NCBI GenBank assembly: GCA_934597175.1
Contig: CAKTQR010000003.1
Location: 7,570-71,569, forward strand
DNA from: an uncultured Oscillospiraceae bacterium
GTDB taxonomy: Bacteria; Bacillota; Clostridia; Oscillospirales; Oscillospiraceae
Direction of reading: 5' to 3'
Length of the DNA: 64,000 nt
Shown: one piece after another, positions 51,932 to 61,756 of the stretch
How positions within the stretch are numbered: the stretch's first letter is position 1
How the letters are laid out: each line of letters begins with the position of its first letter
Made by a program: the position numbers and the translations under genes
The notes under the pieces: model-generated
Told to the model about the DNA's origin: nothing
What the model saw: only the letters and a program-made list of their open reading frames with translations
Database searches by the model: none

Positions 51932-54037
51932 TCACACCGAAAACAGCATATCGCAGTAGCTCGGGTACGGCCAGTAATCCGATGCGGTGAGGGTCTCGAG
52001 CTTGTCGATGACCTCCCTTACCTCCTGCATCTTCTTGAACACCTTTTCGTGATAATACACGATAAGCTTTTCACTGTCGGTATCGGGCACGGTCTCGAGT
52101 GCAGACTTAAGCTCAACGGTCTTGTCAAGCAGGCTCTCGTTAAGGGCACTGAGCGTTCCGGCAAGCGCCGTTTCCAAGCGGCAGGGCGCTTCGGGCAGAG
52201 TGTCCTTCTTGAGCTTAATGGTCTTGCACAGGTCTGCGACATTTTTCGACACGGCGTTGAGTATTCCGTGCTGCACCATGTCGACGAGCGTCGTCGCCTC
52301 GATGTTTATGACCTTGCAGTACTGCTCGAGGTGAATTTCATGCCTCGACGCTATCTCGGCAGCGGTGTAAACGCCGTGCTTTGTCAGCAGCTCGACATTT
52401 TTCGGCAGGTTATACGCAAGCAGCGCTTCGGCGGAGCTCACGAGGTTTGCAAGACCACGCTTTTCCGCCTCGGTGACCCAGCTTGCGTCATAGCCGTTGC
52501 CGCCGAAGATTATCCTCTTGTGCTCGGTGAAAGTCTTCTTTATAAGCTCGTGCAGAGCGGCGTTGAACTTCTCGGGGTCGTCTATTCCCTCAAGCTCGTC
52601 GGCAAACTCCGAAAGGGAGTCCGCCATGATGGTGTTGAGGATGGTGGCAGGGCCTGCTATCGACTGGCTCGAGCCGGGCATCCTGAACTCAAACTTGTTG
52701 CCGGTGAACGCAACGGGCGAGGTGCGGTTGCGGTCGGTGGTGTCCTGCGGGATAGGCGGCAGAACATCAACGCCGATGCGCAATGAGCCCTTGCTGCGCT
52801 CGGTGTAATCGGTCTCGGAAATGATAGAATCGACGATGGACTCAAGCTCCTGACCGAGGAAGATCGAAATTATCGCCGGGGGTGCTTCCTGAGCGCCCAG
52901 ACGGTGGTCGTTGCCGGCGAAGGCGACCGAGCAGCGCAGCAGCTCCTGATACTTGTCAACGCCCTTGACGAAGGCTGCCAGCAGCAGCAAAAACTGTGCG
53001 TTCTGGCTCGGGGTCTTGCCCGGGGACAGCAGATTCTCGCCCGTGTCCGATGCCAGTGACCAGTTGATGTGCTTGCCCGAGCCGTTCACGCCAGCAAAGG
53101 GCTTTTCGTGCAGCAGGCAGACCAGACCGTGGCGGTCTGCGACCTTCTGCATGACCTCCATCTCAAGCTGGTTTTGGTCGCTTGCGGTGTTTGCGTCGGT
53201 GTAGATAGGTGCAAGCTCATGCTGCGCCGGGGCGACCTCGTTGTGGCGGGTCTTGGACAGAACGCCCAGCTTCCAAAGCTCTGCGTCGAGGTCCTTCATG
53301 TACGCCGCAACACGGGGTCTTATCGTGCCAAAGTAGTGGTCCTCAAGCTCCTGACCCTTGGGCGGCTTTGCGCCGAAAAGCGTTCTGCCGCAAAGGCGCA
53401 GATCCTCACGCTCAAGATAGAGCTTCTTGTCGACGAGGAAATACTCCTGCTCAGGGCCGAGCTGCGCCATGACCTTGGTCGACTTTGTATCGCCGAAAAG
53501 TCTCAGCACACGCAGCGCCTCACGGCTGACTGCGTCGCACGAGCGCAAAAGCGGGGTCTTCTTATCCAGCGCATCGCCCGAGTACGAGCAGAACACCGTC
53601 GGGATGCACAGAACGCCGTCCTTTATAAACGCAAACGCCGTCGGGTCCCATGCGCTGTAGCCTCTTGCCTCGAAGGTGGCTCTCAGGCCGCCGGAGGGGA
53701 AGCTCGAAGCATCCGGCTCGCCGCGAACGAGCTCCTTGCCGGAGAACTCCATGCTTATCCTGCCGCCACCGGTGGGGGAAATGAAGCTGTCGTGCTTCTC
53801 GGCGGTTATGCCGGTGAGCGGCTGGAACCAGTGGGTAAAATGTGTCGCACCCTTTTCAAGCGCCCACGACTTCATGCCGTCGGCGATGGAATTTGCGACC
53901 TCAAGTGAAAGCGGCTGGCCGTTTTTCAGGCATTCTCTCCATGCCTGCAAGGCCGCAGCCGGTACATAGCGTTCCATTGCAGCTTCGTTGAAGACCATGC
54001 TGCCGAACAGCTCGGGAATGTTGGTTTTTTCGCTCAC
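51932..54037 (-). CDS. glnA: glutamine synthetase, type III
   Basis: 701 aa, the size and layout of GSIII (N-terminal FGSMVFNEAAM..., catalytic HEKPFAGVNGSGKHINWS). Confidence 0.9.
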   Translation of the reverse strand: MSEKTNIPELFGSMVFNEAAMERYVPAAALQAWRECLKNGQPLSLEVANSIADGMKSWALEKGATHFTHWFQPLTGITAEKHDSFISPTGGGRISMEFSGKELVRGEPDASSFPSGGLRATFEARGYSAWDPTAFAFIKDGVLCIPTVFCSYSGDALDKKTPLLRSCDAVSREALRVLRLFGDTKSTKVMAQLGPEQEYFLVDKKLYLEREDLRLCGRTLFGAKPPKGQELEDHYFGTIRPRVAAYMKDLDAELWKLGVLSKTRHNEVAPAQHELAPIYTDANTASDQNQLEMEVMQKVADRHGLVCLLHEKPFAGVNGSGKHINWSLASDTGENLLSPGKTPSQNAQFLLLLAAFVKGVDKYQELLRCSVAFAGNDHRLGAQEAPPAIISIFLGQELESIVDSIISETDYTERSKGSLRIGVDVLPPIPQDTTDRNRTSPVAFTGNKFEFRMPGSSQSIAGPATILNTIMADSLSEFADELEGIDDPEKFNAALHELIKKTFTEHKRIIFGGNGYDASWVTEAEKRGLANLVSSAEALLAYNLPKNVELLTKHGVYTAAEIASRHEIHLEQYCKVINIEATTLVDMVQHGILNAVSKNVADLCKTIKLKKDTLPEAPCRLETALAGTLSALNESLLDKTVELKSALETVPDTDSEKLIVYYHEKVFKKMQEVREVIDKLETLTASDYWPYPSYCDMLFSV

Positions 54038-54055
54038 AGTAATTCCTCCTTTTTC

Positions 54056-55636
54056 TCACACGCCGCTTGCGCCGTAGTTGGACAGCACTCTTGCGGACGG
54101 GTCCTTTATATCACTACCAACCCAGTCGGGGTTAGGCATCCAGAAATCCTTGATCATCCTTGCCTGACCGGGATAGTATTTTTCAAAAATGTCTCTGTAT
54201 AAGAGACTTTCCTTGGTAAACGGAGTTGCGTAGTCGTACTTTTTGCACCCTTCTTCAAACTCCTCGTCGGTGTACACCGTTTCGGCGTACTCCTTGAGGT
54301 CGTCGACCATCGAGTGACCCACGGCGTCGGAAAACGCCGCCTTCTGCCGCCAGAGTATCTCGTCGGGCAGAATGTGGTCATCGGCAAAGGCACGGCGCAG
54401 GAGGTATTTTCCCATGTCGTAGCTGTTTACCTTGAGCTTGGGGTCAACGCTCATGACATAGCGCACAAAGTCGAGGTCGCCGAACGGAACTCTCGCCTCA
54501 AGCGAGTTTACGGAAATGCAGCGGTCGGCACGCAGGACATCGTACATGTGAAGCTCGTCAACACGCTTTTTCGCCTCCTGCTGGAACGCCTCGGGCGAGG
54601 GGGCAAAGTCGGTGTACTTGTAGCCGAACAGCTCGTCGGATATCTCGCCCGTGAGCAGCACTCGCACATCGCTTTGCTCGTGGATGGCCTTGCAGCAAAG
54701 GTACATGCCGATGCTTGCACGGATGGTGGTTATATCGTAAGTGCCTAAAAGCTTGATGACATCCTCGAGGGAGGCCAGCACCTGCTCCTTGGTCATGCTG
54801 ACCTCGGTGTGGTCAGCGCCTATAAACTCGGCAGCCTGACGGGCATACTTGAGATCGATGGGGTCAAGATCCATGCCGATGGCAAAGGTCTTTATCTTCT
54901 TGCCCAAAAGCTTTGCGGAAATTGCGCACACGAGGCTGGAGTCAAGTCCGCCCGAGAGCAGAAATCCTACCGGTGCGTCGGCGCACAGGCGCTTGTCAAC
55001 AGCTTTGATGAGCTTTTCACGGATGGTCTTGCACACGGTGTCAAGGTCGTCGCTTGAATACTCGCTCACGGTAGTTAAGTCGCAGTAGCGCACGAACTTG
55101 CCGTCCTTGTAATAATGTCCGGGAGGGAACGGCATAATGTCGCCGCACAGGCCGACGAGGTTTTTGGCCTCCGACGCAAACACCGCAGAGCCGTCGGACA
55201 GATGACCGTAATAAAGCGGGCGGATGCCGATGGGGTCACGGGCGGCAATGAGCTCGTGCGTTTGGCCGTCATAAATTATCATCGCAAACTCGGCATCGAG
55301 CATGGCGAACATGTCCGTTCCGAACTCACGGTACATCGGCAGGATTATCTCGCAGTCGGACTCGCTGTGAAACTCGTACTTAGCCTTGAGCTTATCTCGC
55401 ATCGCCTTAAAGCCGTAAAGCTCGCCGTTGCAGACGACACGGTCGTCGCCCAGCGCAAACGGCTGCATGCCGCTTTCGTCAAGACCCATTATCGACAGCC
55501 TGTGGAAGCACAGGCACGCACCCGGCACTTCTTCAATGCGGGACATGTCCGGTCCTCTCGAAACCGTTCTGTCGAAAAACTCCTTTGCCTGGGCGGCAGT
55601 GAGCACGCCCGTCGTGAAACCCATGATTGAACACAT
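54056..55636 (-). CDS. asnB: asparagine synthase (glutamine-hydrolysing)
   Basis: 526 aa from the ATG at 55636, giving the Ntn Cys2 (MCSIMG). SGGLDSS PP-loop. GGAGGTG RBS. Confidence 0.9.
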   Translation of the reverse strand: MCSIMGFTTGVLTAAQAKEFFDRTVSRGPDMSRIEEVPGACLCFHRLSIMGLDESGMQPFALGDDRVVCNGELYGFKAMRDKLKAKYEFHSESDCEIILPMYREFGTDMFAMLDAEFAMIIYDGQTHELIAARDPIGIRPLYYGHLSDGSAVFASEAKNLVGLCGDIMPFPPGHYYKDGKFVRYCDLTTVSEYSSDDLDTVCKTIREKLIKAVDKRLCADAPVGFLLSGGLDSSLVCAISAKLLGKKIKTFAIGMDLDPIDLKYARQAAEFIGADHTEVSMTKEQVLASLEDVIKLLGTYDITTIRASIGMYLCCKAIHEQSDVRVLLTGEISDELFGYKYTDFAPSPEAFQQEAKKRVDELHMYDVLRADRCISVNSLEARVPFGDLDFVRYVMSVDPKLKVNSYDMGKYLLRRAFADDHILPDEILWRQKAAFSDAVGHSMVDDLKEYAETVYTDEEFEEGCKKYDYATPFTKESLLYRDIFEKYYPGQARMIKDFWMPNPDWVGSDIKDPSARVLSNYGASGV

Positions 55637-55935
55637 AAAAAATGCACCTCCAGATTTTTTGGCAGCTATCCCTAAAACACTATTTAATTTTAGGACGAAT
55701 AGCTGCTGATCCGCGGTGCCACCTAGTTTACCGTGTAAAACACGGTCTCTTTTACGAGCTCTGACAAGCTCTCGTGCATTAACGCCGCACTGCCCGCGAC
55801 TCACCTACTCGTTACCTTTCGGCTCGCTGCTCGGGAGGGTTATTCGGCTGTGCGCTGGTGTCGGGCTTGCACCGTCCCCGACTCGCTGCGACCGCACTCA
55901 CGGCTTACTTGTCTCCGTCATCGCATTTTTCGGTA
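55637..55935 (-). promoter_or_regulatory. T-box leader (probably tRNA-Asn responsive)
   Basis: On the minus strand: stem I start GCGATGACGGAGACAAGTAAG, AG-bulge AGCGAG, distal loop CGGTGCAAG, and T-box AAACTAGGTGGCACCGCGG (55711-55729). The UGGC bulge fits a G73 discriminator. AAC triplets occur in the candidate specifier region. Confidence 0.75.
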
Positions 55936-55955
55936 TGTCATCTTTCTAAAACCCA

Positions 55956-55980
55956 AAACTGCCGCATACTGCGGCAGTTT
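55956..55980 (-). terminator. terminator-like hairpin upstream of the T-box leader
   Basis: Minus strand: AAACTGCCGC-agtat-GCGGCAGTTT followed by TGGGTTTT. Confidence 0.5.
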
Positions 55981-56052
55981 CGGGATAGAGAAATGAATTT
56001 TTAGGTAGAAAAAATGAACCTTGCTAACAAATTAACCTTTGCTAACGATGAC

Positions 56053-56080
56053 ATAATACCACATCATTTTTGATAAACAA
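56053..56080 (-). promoter_or_regulatory. candidate asnB-leader promoter overlapping a LysR-type box
   Basis: Minus strand TTGTTT, 16 nt, then TGgTATTAT. The palindrome TGATA-N13-TATCA at 56071-56093 overlaps the -35. Confidence 0.35.
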
Positions 56081-56093
56081 AATACATATATCA

Positions 56094-56122
56094 TTGCGTT
56101 TATCATATTTTTTTGATATAAT
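56094..56122 (+). promoter_or_regulatory. promoter of the LysR gene
   Basis: TTGCGT, 17 nt, then TATAAT with TGa extended -10. Confidence 0.55.
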
Positions 56123-56140
56123 ACCGCCGAGGTGATATTT

Positions 56141-57094
56141 ATGGAGCTTCGGACCTTGCGATACTTTGTCGTCGTGGCGCAGGAATTGAACATCACACGG
56201 GCTGCCGAGCGGCTCAACATGAGCCAGCCGCCGCTGAGCAATCAGATGAAGGCGCTCGAGGAGGAGCTGGGCGCTCAGCTGCTCATCCGGGGAAAGCGCT
56301 ATCTCCAGCTCACGGAAGCGGGCACGCTTTTGTACCGCCGAGCCGTGCAGATGCTCGACATTGCCGAAAAGACCCGGCAGGAGATAAGCGACCTGCAAAG
56401 CGAAATGTCGGGGCTTTTGTCCATTGGCTGCGTCGAGGGCCGAGCACCGTTTTACCTGTCACGCTGGATAGCCGGCTTCAAGGAGGAGTACCCCCGAGTG
56501 CAGTACAGCCTCTGGAACGGCAGCAGTGACGATATCCTCGACCGACTTCGTGAGGGTCTTTTGGACATCGCCGTCATCGCAGCGCCGTATGACAGCGAGC
56601 ACCTGCACAGCTTCGCCGTCGGGCGTGAGCCGTGGGTGGCGATGTTCTCAAAGGAGCACCCGCTCGCCGAGCTTGAGGGCGACACGCTGCCGCTTAAATA
56701 CCTCGCCGACGAGCCGCTCATAGTCCCGAGCCGCAAATCGAGGATAAGTGCCATACGCAGCTGGTTTCGGGAGATAAACGCCGAGCCGAATATTCTGTGC
56801 GAGATGTCAAACTACCTCGACGCCGTGGCGCTCACCGAGCGCAATGTCGGCATCAGCATTTTCCCGCAGACGACCTACACGCCGAACGATCTTCTGGTGT
56901 CGAAGGTCATCACCGGCTCTGCCCGGCAAATTGAGTATTATCTCGTGTGGACAAAGGGCCGCATGCTCTCCGAGATCGCCCACCAGTTCGTCGACTATGT
57001 CCACGACACCATCGAGGACGAGCGCATCCACCCCCGCAGCTACCCCATCGAGATAAACGAATATATCCCCCCGGAGAATACGAAGTTTTTGTGA
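56141..57094 (+). CDS. LysR family transcriptional regulator
   Basis: MELRTLRYFVVVAQELNITRAAERLNMSQPPLSNQMKALE. ATG at 56141 is preferred (GAGGTGA RBS). 317 aa. Confidence 0.9.
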   Translation: MELRTLRYFVVVAQELNITRAAERLNMSQPPLSNQMKALEEELGAQLLIRGKRYLQLTEAGTLLYRRAVQMLDIAEKTRQEISDLQSEMSGLLSIGCVEGRAPFYLSRWIAGFKEEYPRVQYSLWNGSSDDILDRLREGLLDIAVIAAPYDSEHLHSFAVGREPWVAMFSKEHPLAELEGDTLPLKYLADEPLIVPSRKSRISAIRSWFREINAEPNILCEMSNYLDAVALTERNVGISIFPQTTYTPNDLLVSKVITGSARQIEYYLVWTKGRMLSEIAHQFVDYVHDTIEDERIHPRSYPIEINEYIPPENTKFL

Positions 57095-57099
57095 GCCGC

Positions 57100-57626
57100 A
57101 CCGATAGGTTGATGTACAGGCTTAACTCTAAGACGCATTTACCGGTCGGGCTGCCGTAGTGCCGACAAAATTGTGTGTTCTTTCGCTGTTAAAAATTAGC
57201 TTTTCTTTGCTTCGCCAAAGAAAAGTCTTTTCAATAGCGAACGAACACCTTGTCTAATCGTTATTGCGTCAGCCCGACCGGTTTTTCAATACGCATTAAG
57301 GCCATTGCTATTCGTTACTGCCACGACCCGACCGGTGGGTGCACCTTAGAGTTTAGTCTGTACATCAACCTATCGGTGCACTACAAGCCACTCGCACCTA
57401 TCTAACCGACGCAGTCCGTTAAACGGACGCACCGAAAGTTACTCGCACCCAACTAACTGACGCAGTTTGTTAAACGAGCGCACCGAAAGCTACTCGCACT
57501 GTGTTAAACCTCCGCAGTGAAAACAGCCGGTGCACCGATACACCGTACCGGGATTCCAAAGGGTGGTTAAACGCCTTTGGTTGCGTTTCTTTTGCTCCTT
57601 TTCTTTCGGCAACACAAAGAAAAGGA
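57100..57626. repeat. mosaic of modules A (partial, +), B, A (inverted, four subrepeats) and B
   Basis: 57100-57170 is the A tail (+). 57196-57255 equals 5013-5075. 57260-57590 is the reverse complement of module A. 57595-57626 is the hairpin CTCCTTTTCTTT...AAAGAAAAGGAG. Confidence 0.85.
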
Positions 57627-57636
57627 GATAAAAATC

Positions 57637-58155
57637 TCACAGCAGCTTTTCCATGCACACGAGCATGACATTGGGGATGCCGTTGAAGATGCAGGGGACG
57701 ATGCCGACTTCGGTGTAGCCGAGTTTGGCGTATAATTTGCGGGCGTTGAGGTTTACGGCGTTGGTGTCGATGCGGAGGGCTTTGCAGCCGCTTTGGCGGG
57801 CGTAGTCCTCGTAGAAGGCAACGAATTTGCGGCCGATGCCGTGGCCTGCGCAGGCGGGCTCGACGGTGAGGGTGTGCAGGACCATGACCTCGGAGTCTGC
57901 ACAGTCGAGCGACCACTTGCAGTCGGCGTACACATCGACCTGCGTGTGGTTGATTATCCCCGATGCGACTGTCTTGCCGTCCTCAACGCAGACGAACAGG
58001 TCGTCACGCTCAAGCGCCGCCCGAGCCGTCGCCTCGACGGGGTATATGCCCTTGAGCCAGCCGGTGGCGGGCTTTGCGGTGTCCTCGTTCTCCAAAATGT
58101 GCGCATATATCTCCGCCACGGCGGCGATATCGCTTTCTGTCGCTTTTCTTATCAT
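57637..58155 (-). CDS. GNAT family N-acetyltransferase
   Basis: 172 aa. The acetyl-CoA motif region is LHTLTVEPACAGHGIGRKFV. Confidence 0.85.
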   Translation of the reverse strand: MIRKATESDIAAVAEIYAHILENEDTAKPATGWLKGIYPVEATARAALERDDLFVCVEDGKTVASGIINHTQVDVYADCKWSLDCADSEVMVLHTLTVEPACAGHGIGRKFVAFYEDYARQSGCKALRIDTNAVNLNARKLYAKLGYTEVGIVPCIFNGIPNVMLVCMEKLL

Positions 58156-58263
58156 AGCTGTACCTCTCTATCATGTAATGACCCAATTTTGCCGACCGCC
58201 GAATGAACTGTCAAGGGCAAATGCCCTCTATCTCGGCAGGGTGGTGCGGGACGGGGCGCTGTC

Positions 58264-58411
58264 GCCCATAGGGTTTAGTTTTGAGCGAGCAATTTTTCGT
58301 TCAGACAAATAAAAAATTCCGGCAATACTTTGTGTATTACCGGAATTTTTTGTGCGGTATGGGCGGAAAAGAGCCGTTCAAAACCAGTTTGCATCCTGCC
58401 TTGCGCCGCCC
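58264..58411 (+). repeat. family C, copy 3
   Basis: CATAGGGTTTAGTTTTGAGCGAGCAATTTTTCGTTCAGACAAA...CCGGCAATACTTTGTGTATTACCGG...ATGGGCGGAAAAGAGCCG...GCATCCTGCCTTGCGCCGCCC. Confidence 0.85.
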
Positions 58412-58421
58412 TGTTGAGATC

Positions 58422-59351
58422 TTAGTGCTTGCCCATGTTCATCTGAGCGGCGACTTCGGCTGCGAAGTCCTCTTCCTTCTTCTCGATGCCCTCGCCCTTT
58501 GCGAAGCGGACAGCGTCAACGAACTTGACGGTGCCGCCGAGAGCCTTGGCAGCGGAAGCGATGTACTTCTCAACGGACATGGAGCTGTCCTTAACGAACT
58601 CCTGCTGGAGCAGGCAGTTTTCCTGATAGAACTTGTTCATCTTGCCCATGACGATCTTTTCCTTGATGGCATCGGGCTTGGAAGCGTTCTTGGGATCCTG
58701 ATTCATCAGAGCAAGAGCGATCTTCTTCTCCTCCTCGAGGACCTCCTCGGTGACCTCGCTCTTATCCCAGAAGCGGGGATTGAGAGCTGCGATCTGCATT
58801 GCAACATCCTTGCCGATCTCGGTAGCGTCGATGCCGCCCTCGACAGCGAGGTTGACGAGCACGCCGATCTTGCCGCCTGCGTGGACATATGCCACGGAGG
58901 TGTTCTCGGAGTAACGCTTGAAGCGGCGAATCTGGAGATTCTCGCCGATGGACATGACCTTCTCGGGCAGAGTCTCGGCAACGGTGAGCTCAGAGCCGGG
59001 GTACTTGCAGTTCATGAGAGCCTCGACATCGGCGGGGTCGTCCTTGAGGACTACCTTGCAGATATCCTTAACAAAAGCGACGAAAAGCTCGCTCTTTGCG
59101 CAGAAGTCGGTCTCGCAGTTGACCTCGACGACAGCGCCGACGCCGCACTCGGGGCAGACCTCGGCATATGCCATGCCTTCTGCGGCGATGCGTCCGGCCT
59201 TCTTAGCAGCCTTGGCAAGGCCCTTCTCACGCAGCCACTCGACTGCCTTATTCATATCGCCGTCGGTCTCGGTCAGGGCCTTTTTGCAGTCCATCATGCC
59301 GACATTGGTCATCTCACGGAGAGTTTTTACATCCTGAGCGGTAAAAGCCAT
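58422..59351 (-). CDS. tsf: translation elongation factor Ts
   Basis: MAFTAQDVKTLREMTNVGMMDCKKALTETDGDMNKAVEWLREKG is the canonical EF-Ts UBA-like N-terminus. 309 aa. Confidence 0.95.
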   Translation of the reverse strand: MAFTAQDVKTLREMTNVGMMDCKKALTETDGDMNKAVEWLREKGLAKAAKKAGRIAAEGMAYAEVCPECGVGAVVEVNCETDFCAKSELFVAFVKDICKVVLKDDPADVEALMNCKYPGSELTVAETLPEKVMSIGENLQIRRFKRYSENTSVAYVHAGGKIGVLVNLAVEGGIDATEIGKDVAMQIAALNPRFWDKSEVTEEVLEEEKKIALALMNQDPKNASKPDAIKEKIVMGKMNKFYQENCLLQQEFVKDSSMSVEKYIASAAKALGGTVKFVDAVRFAKGEGIEKKEEDFAAEVAAQMNMGKH

Positions 59352-59420
59352 TATATTATCCTCCTTAGTTTATCTTTGCTTTAAAAGAGCCGGGTAAAAA
59401 CAGACCCGGCAGCGTAAAAA

Positions 59421-59570
59421 TCAATACGCAGCGGGGGAGTTTGAGGGGGCAAAGGCCCGCCTCAAATTGGATTATAGCCATCAAAAATGCCTGACAAGGC
59501 TTTTTGACGAGCATAGCGAGGTTTTTTGTGAAAACTCCTTTTCACAAAAAATGTGGCGTTTTGAAGCGTG
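59421..59570 (-). repeat. family E, copy 2 (in the rpsB-tsf spacer)
   Basis: The reverse complement aligns with 9155-9306 with scattered substitutions. Confidence 0.85.
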
Positions 59571-59629
59571 CAAAAAAGCCATGGGCTTTCTTGCACGCTG
59601 AGGGGGCAAACAAGCCCCCTATATATTTA

Positions 59630-60373
59630 TTACTCCTCTTCGACCTTCTCGGCCTCTGCCTCGGCGAGGGTCTCCTCGACCTCGGCATCTGCGCCCTGGC
59701 GGCCTTCCTGCACGGCGTTTGCCATGGTGGAAGCGATCAGGCGGATAGCACGGATAGCGTCGTCGTTTGCGGGAATGACATAGTCGACCTCATCGGGGTC
59801 GCAGTTGGTATCAACGATAGCAACGATGGGGATGTGCAGCTTGCGGGCCTCTGCGATCGCGTTGTGCTCCTTGCGGGGGTCGACAACGAACATTGCGCCG
59901 GGAAGCTTCTTCATTTCCTTAACGCCGCCGAGGTACTTCTCGAGCTTGTCCATCTCGCCCATGAGCTTGATGACTTCCTTCTTGGGCAGCATATCAAAGG
60001 TGCCGTCCTCCTGCATCTTCTTGAGCTGAGCAAGGCGGTCGATACGGGTGCGCATGGTCTTGAAGTTGGTGAGCATGCCGCCGAGCCAACGGGCGTTGAC
60101 ATAGTACATGCCTACACGGGAAGCCTCTTCCTTGACTGCCTCGGCAGCCTGCTTTTTCGTGCCGACGAAAAGGATGGTCTGACCGTTTGCGGCGATGTCA
60201 CGCACGAAGTTGTAAGCCTCTTCGAGCTTCTTGACGGTCTTCTGCAGGTCGATGATGTAGATGCCGTTACGCTCCATGTAGATGTATTCGGCCATCTTGG
60301 GGTTCCAGCGGCGGGTCTGGTGACCGAAGTGGACACCGGCTTCGAGCAGCTGCTTCATAGATACTACTGACAT
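59630..60373 (-). CDS. rpsB: 30S ribosomal protein S2
   Basis: [23 protein letters not shown]... with an acidic C-terminal tail. 247 aa. Confidence 0.95.
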   Translation of the reverse strand: MSVVSMKQLLEAGVHFGHQTRRWNPKMAEYIYMERNGIYIIDLQKTVKKLEEAYNFVRDIAANGQTILFVGTKKQAAEAVKEEASRVGMYYVNARWLGGMLTNFKTMRTRIDRLAQLKKMQEDGTFDMLPKKEVIKLMGEMDKLEKYLGGVKEMKKLPGAMFVVDPRKEHNAIAEARKLHIPIVAIVDTNCDPDEVDYVIPANDDAIRAIRLIASTMANAVQEGRQGADAEVEETLAEAEAEKVEEE

Positions 60374-60521
60374 TGATTTTTCCTCCTAATTTGTTTTTCC
60401 TCCGGATGCATCGACCCCCTGCCCAAGCCGTAGCCACATGGGCAAAAGTCCGCACCCGTGCGAAATGCTTTGATATAATATCAAAAACAGCGTGGAATTT
60501 CAATAGTTTTTTGCCGATTTG

Positions 60522-60800
60522 TCAAAAAATTTTTCTTTTTTCACGGTGGCGGCGGGGCTGATTGGGCTCAAGCTCGACGAGAATGATGTCGCTGCCGAGG
60601 CGTTGGATGCATTTCCACGGCAGAATGTAGTCATCCTCACGGCCTAACAGCCCGAAAAGCTTCGCCCTGCCCGGGGTGATGAGGGAAATTATCCGCCCCT
60701 CCTTTTCGTCAAACTCGGCATCGCACACATAGCCGAGGCGACGCCCCGTGTGGATATCGATGACCTCCTTGTATCGCAGCTCGGAAAAATAGTTTATCAT
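60522..60800 (-). CDS. YlmC/YmxH family (PRC-barrel) sporulation protein
   Basis: 92 aa from the ATG at 60800. FSELRYKEVIDIHTGRRLGYVCDAEFDEKEGRIISLI. Confidence 0.8.
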   Translation of the reverse strand: MINYFSELRYKEVIDIHTGRRLGYVCDAEFDEKEGRIISLITPGRAKLFGLLGREDDYILPWKCIQRLGSDIILVELEPNQPRRHREKRKIF

Positions 60801-60842
60801 ATTCTGCACCCCCCGCAAAGCTTATGCAAAGCGGAGTTTGTC

Positions 60843-61658
60843 TCATTCGGACTTTTTCGGGATGGATATGGTGAGGATGAACGCATCGTCGGTCTCCTCA
60901 CGCTTTAATCCTGCGTCGATGCCGCCCTGCTTCATGAGGTCGAGCCCGTGCATGACGGTGTTCATGAAAAGCCGCACATCCTTCATTATAAATGTGCGCT
61001 TGGGCTTTTGATTCGCCCCGAGTTTTTGCTTCTCAATGAGTGCGTCTATGTAATTATCCGTCGACACGACATTGAGGTCGTGCTCGATGATATACGCAAG
61101 CGCCGAGCGTATCGCCGTGTCGTCGGGTAAGCGCAAAAGCGCCCTGCCGTGGCGTTCGGTGAGCCCACGGTCACGCAGCGTCTCCCGCACATCCTGCGGA
61201 AGCTTCAAAAGCCGCAGCTTGTTTGCCACCGCCGACTGCGACTTGCCGAGCCTGCGGGCGGCTTCCTCCTGACTCATGCCGAAAAGCTCGATGAGCTGCT
61301 TTAGGCCGTTTGCCTCCTCGATGAAATCAAGGTCACGCCGCTGCAAATTTTCGATAAGCGCAATCAGGCTTGCGTCCTCGAGCCCGACATCGAGCAGGAT
61401 GCACGGCACCTCAAAAAGCCCTGCGAGCTTTGCCGCCCGCAGTCTGCGCTCACCGGCAACGAGCTCGTAGCGGTTATCCCGCAGGCGCACGGTCAGCGGA
61501 TTTAAAATGCCGTACTCGGCAATGGACTGCGACAGCTCGTTTAAGTCGCCGTCGTCAAAGGTTTTTCTCGGCTGGACGGGACTGGGGTCAATGTCCTCGA
61601 CCGAAAGATAGATAACGCCGCCTCTGCGCACCGACGGCCGCCGTTTTATCGCTTGCAT
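60843..61658 (-). CDS. ParB/Spo0J/Noc-family protein
   Basis: 271 aa from the ATG at 61658. The ParB box is LTVRLRDNRYELVAGERRLRAAKLAG and the HTH is MSQEEAARRLGKSQSAVANKLRLL. Confidence 0.85.
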   Translation of the reverse strand: MQAIKRRPSVRRGGVIYLSVEDIDPSPVQPRKTFDDGDLNELSQSIAEYGILNPLTVRLRDNRYELVAGERRLRAAKLAGLFEVPCILLDVGLEDASLIALIENLQRRDLDFIEEANGLKQLIELFGMSQEEAARRLGKSQSAVANKLRLLKLPQDVRETLRDRGLTERHGRALLRLPDDTAIRSALAYIIEHDLNVVSTDNYIDALIEKQKLGANQKPKRTFIMKDVRLFMNTVMHGLDLMKQGGIDAGLKREETDDAFILTISIPKKSE

Positions 61659-61756
61659 ACTGCTCCTCCAAACATATAGATATATTCTGAGGATACAGCA
61701 TTTATTATGCAAAAATTAGCGAAGTAAAACACCACCTTAAAAACATTTGACAGAGA

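Noticed and set aside
56032-56398. Minus-strand ORFs (69 and 118 aa) in the asnB/LysR divergent region
   Set aside because: They overlap the LysR gene 5' end and promoter elements, and have no RBS or recognisable motifs.
60374-60521. Possible structured rpsB leader/autoregulatory element
   Set aside because: A promoter-like TTGAAA-17-TATTAT and a ~100-nt 5' UTR are visible. I could not identify a convincing conserved structure by eye, so the evidence is insufficient to report it as a feature.
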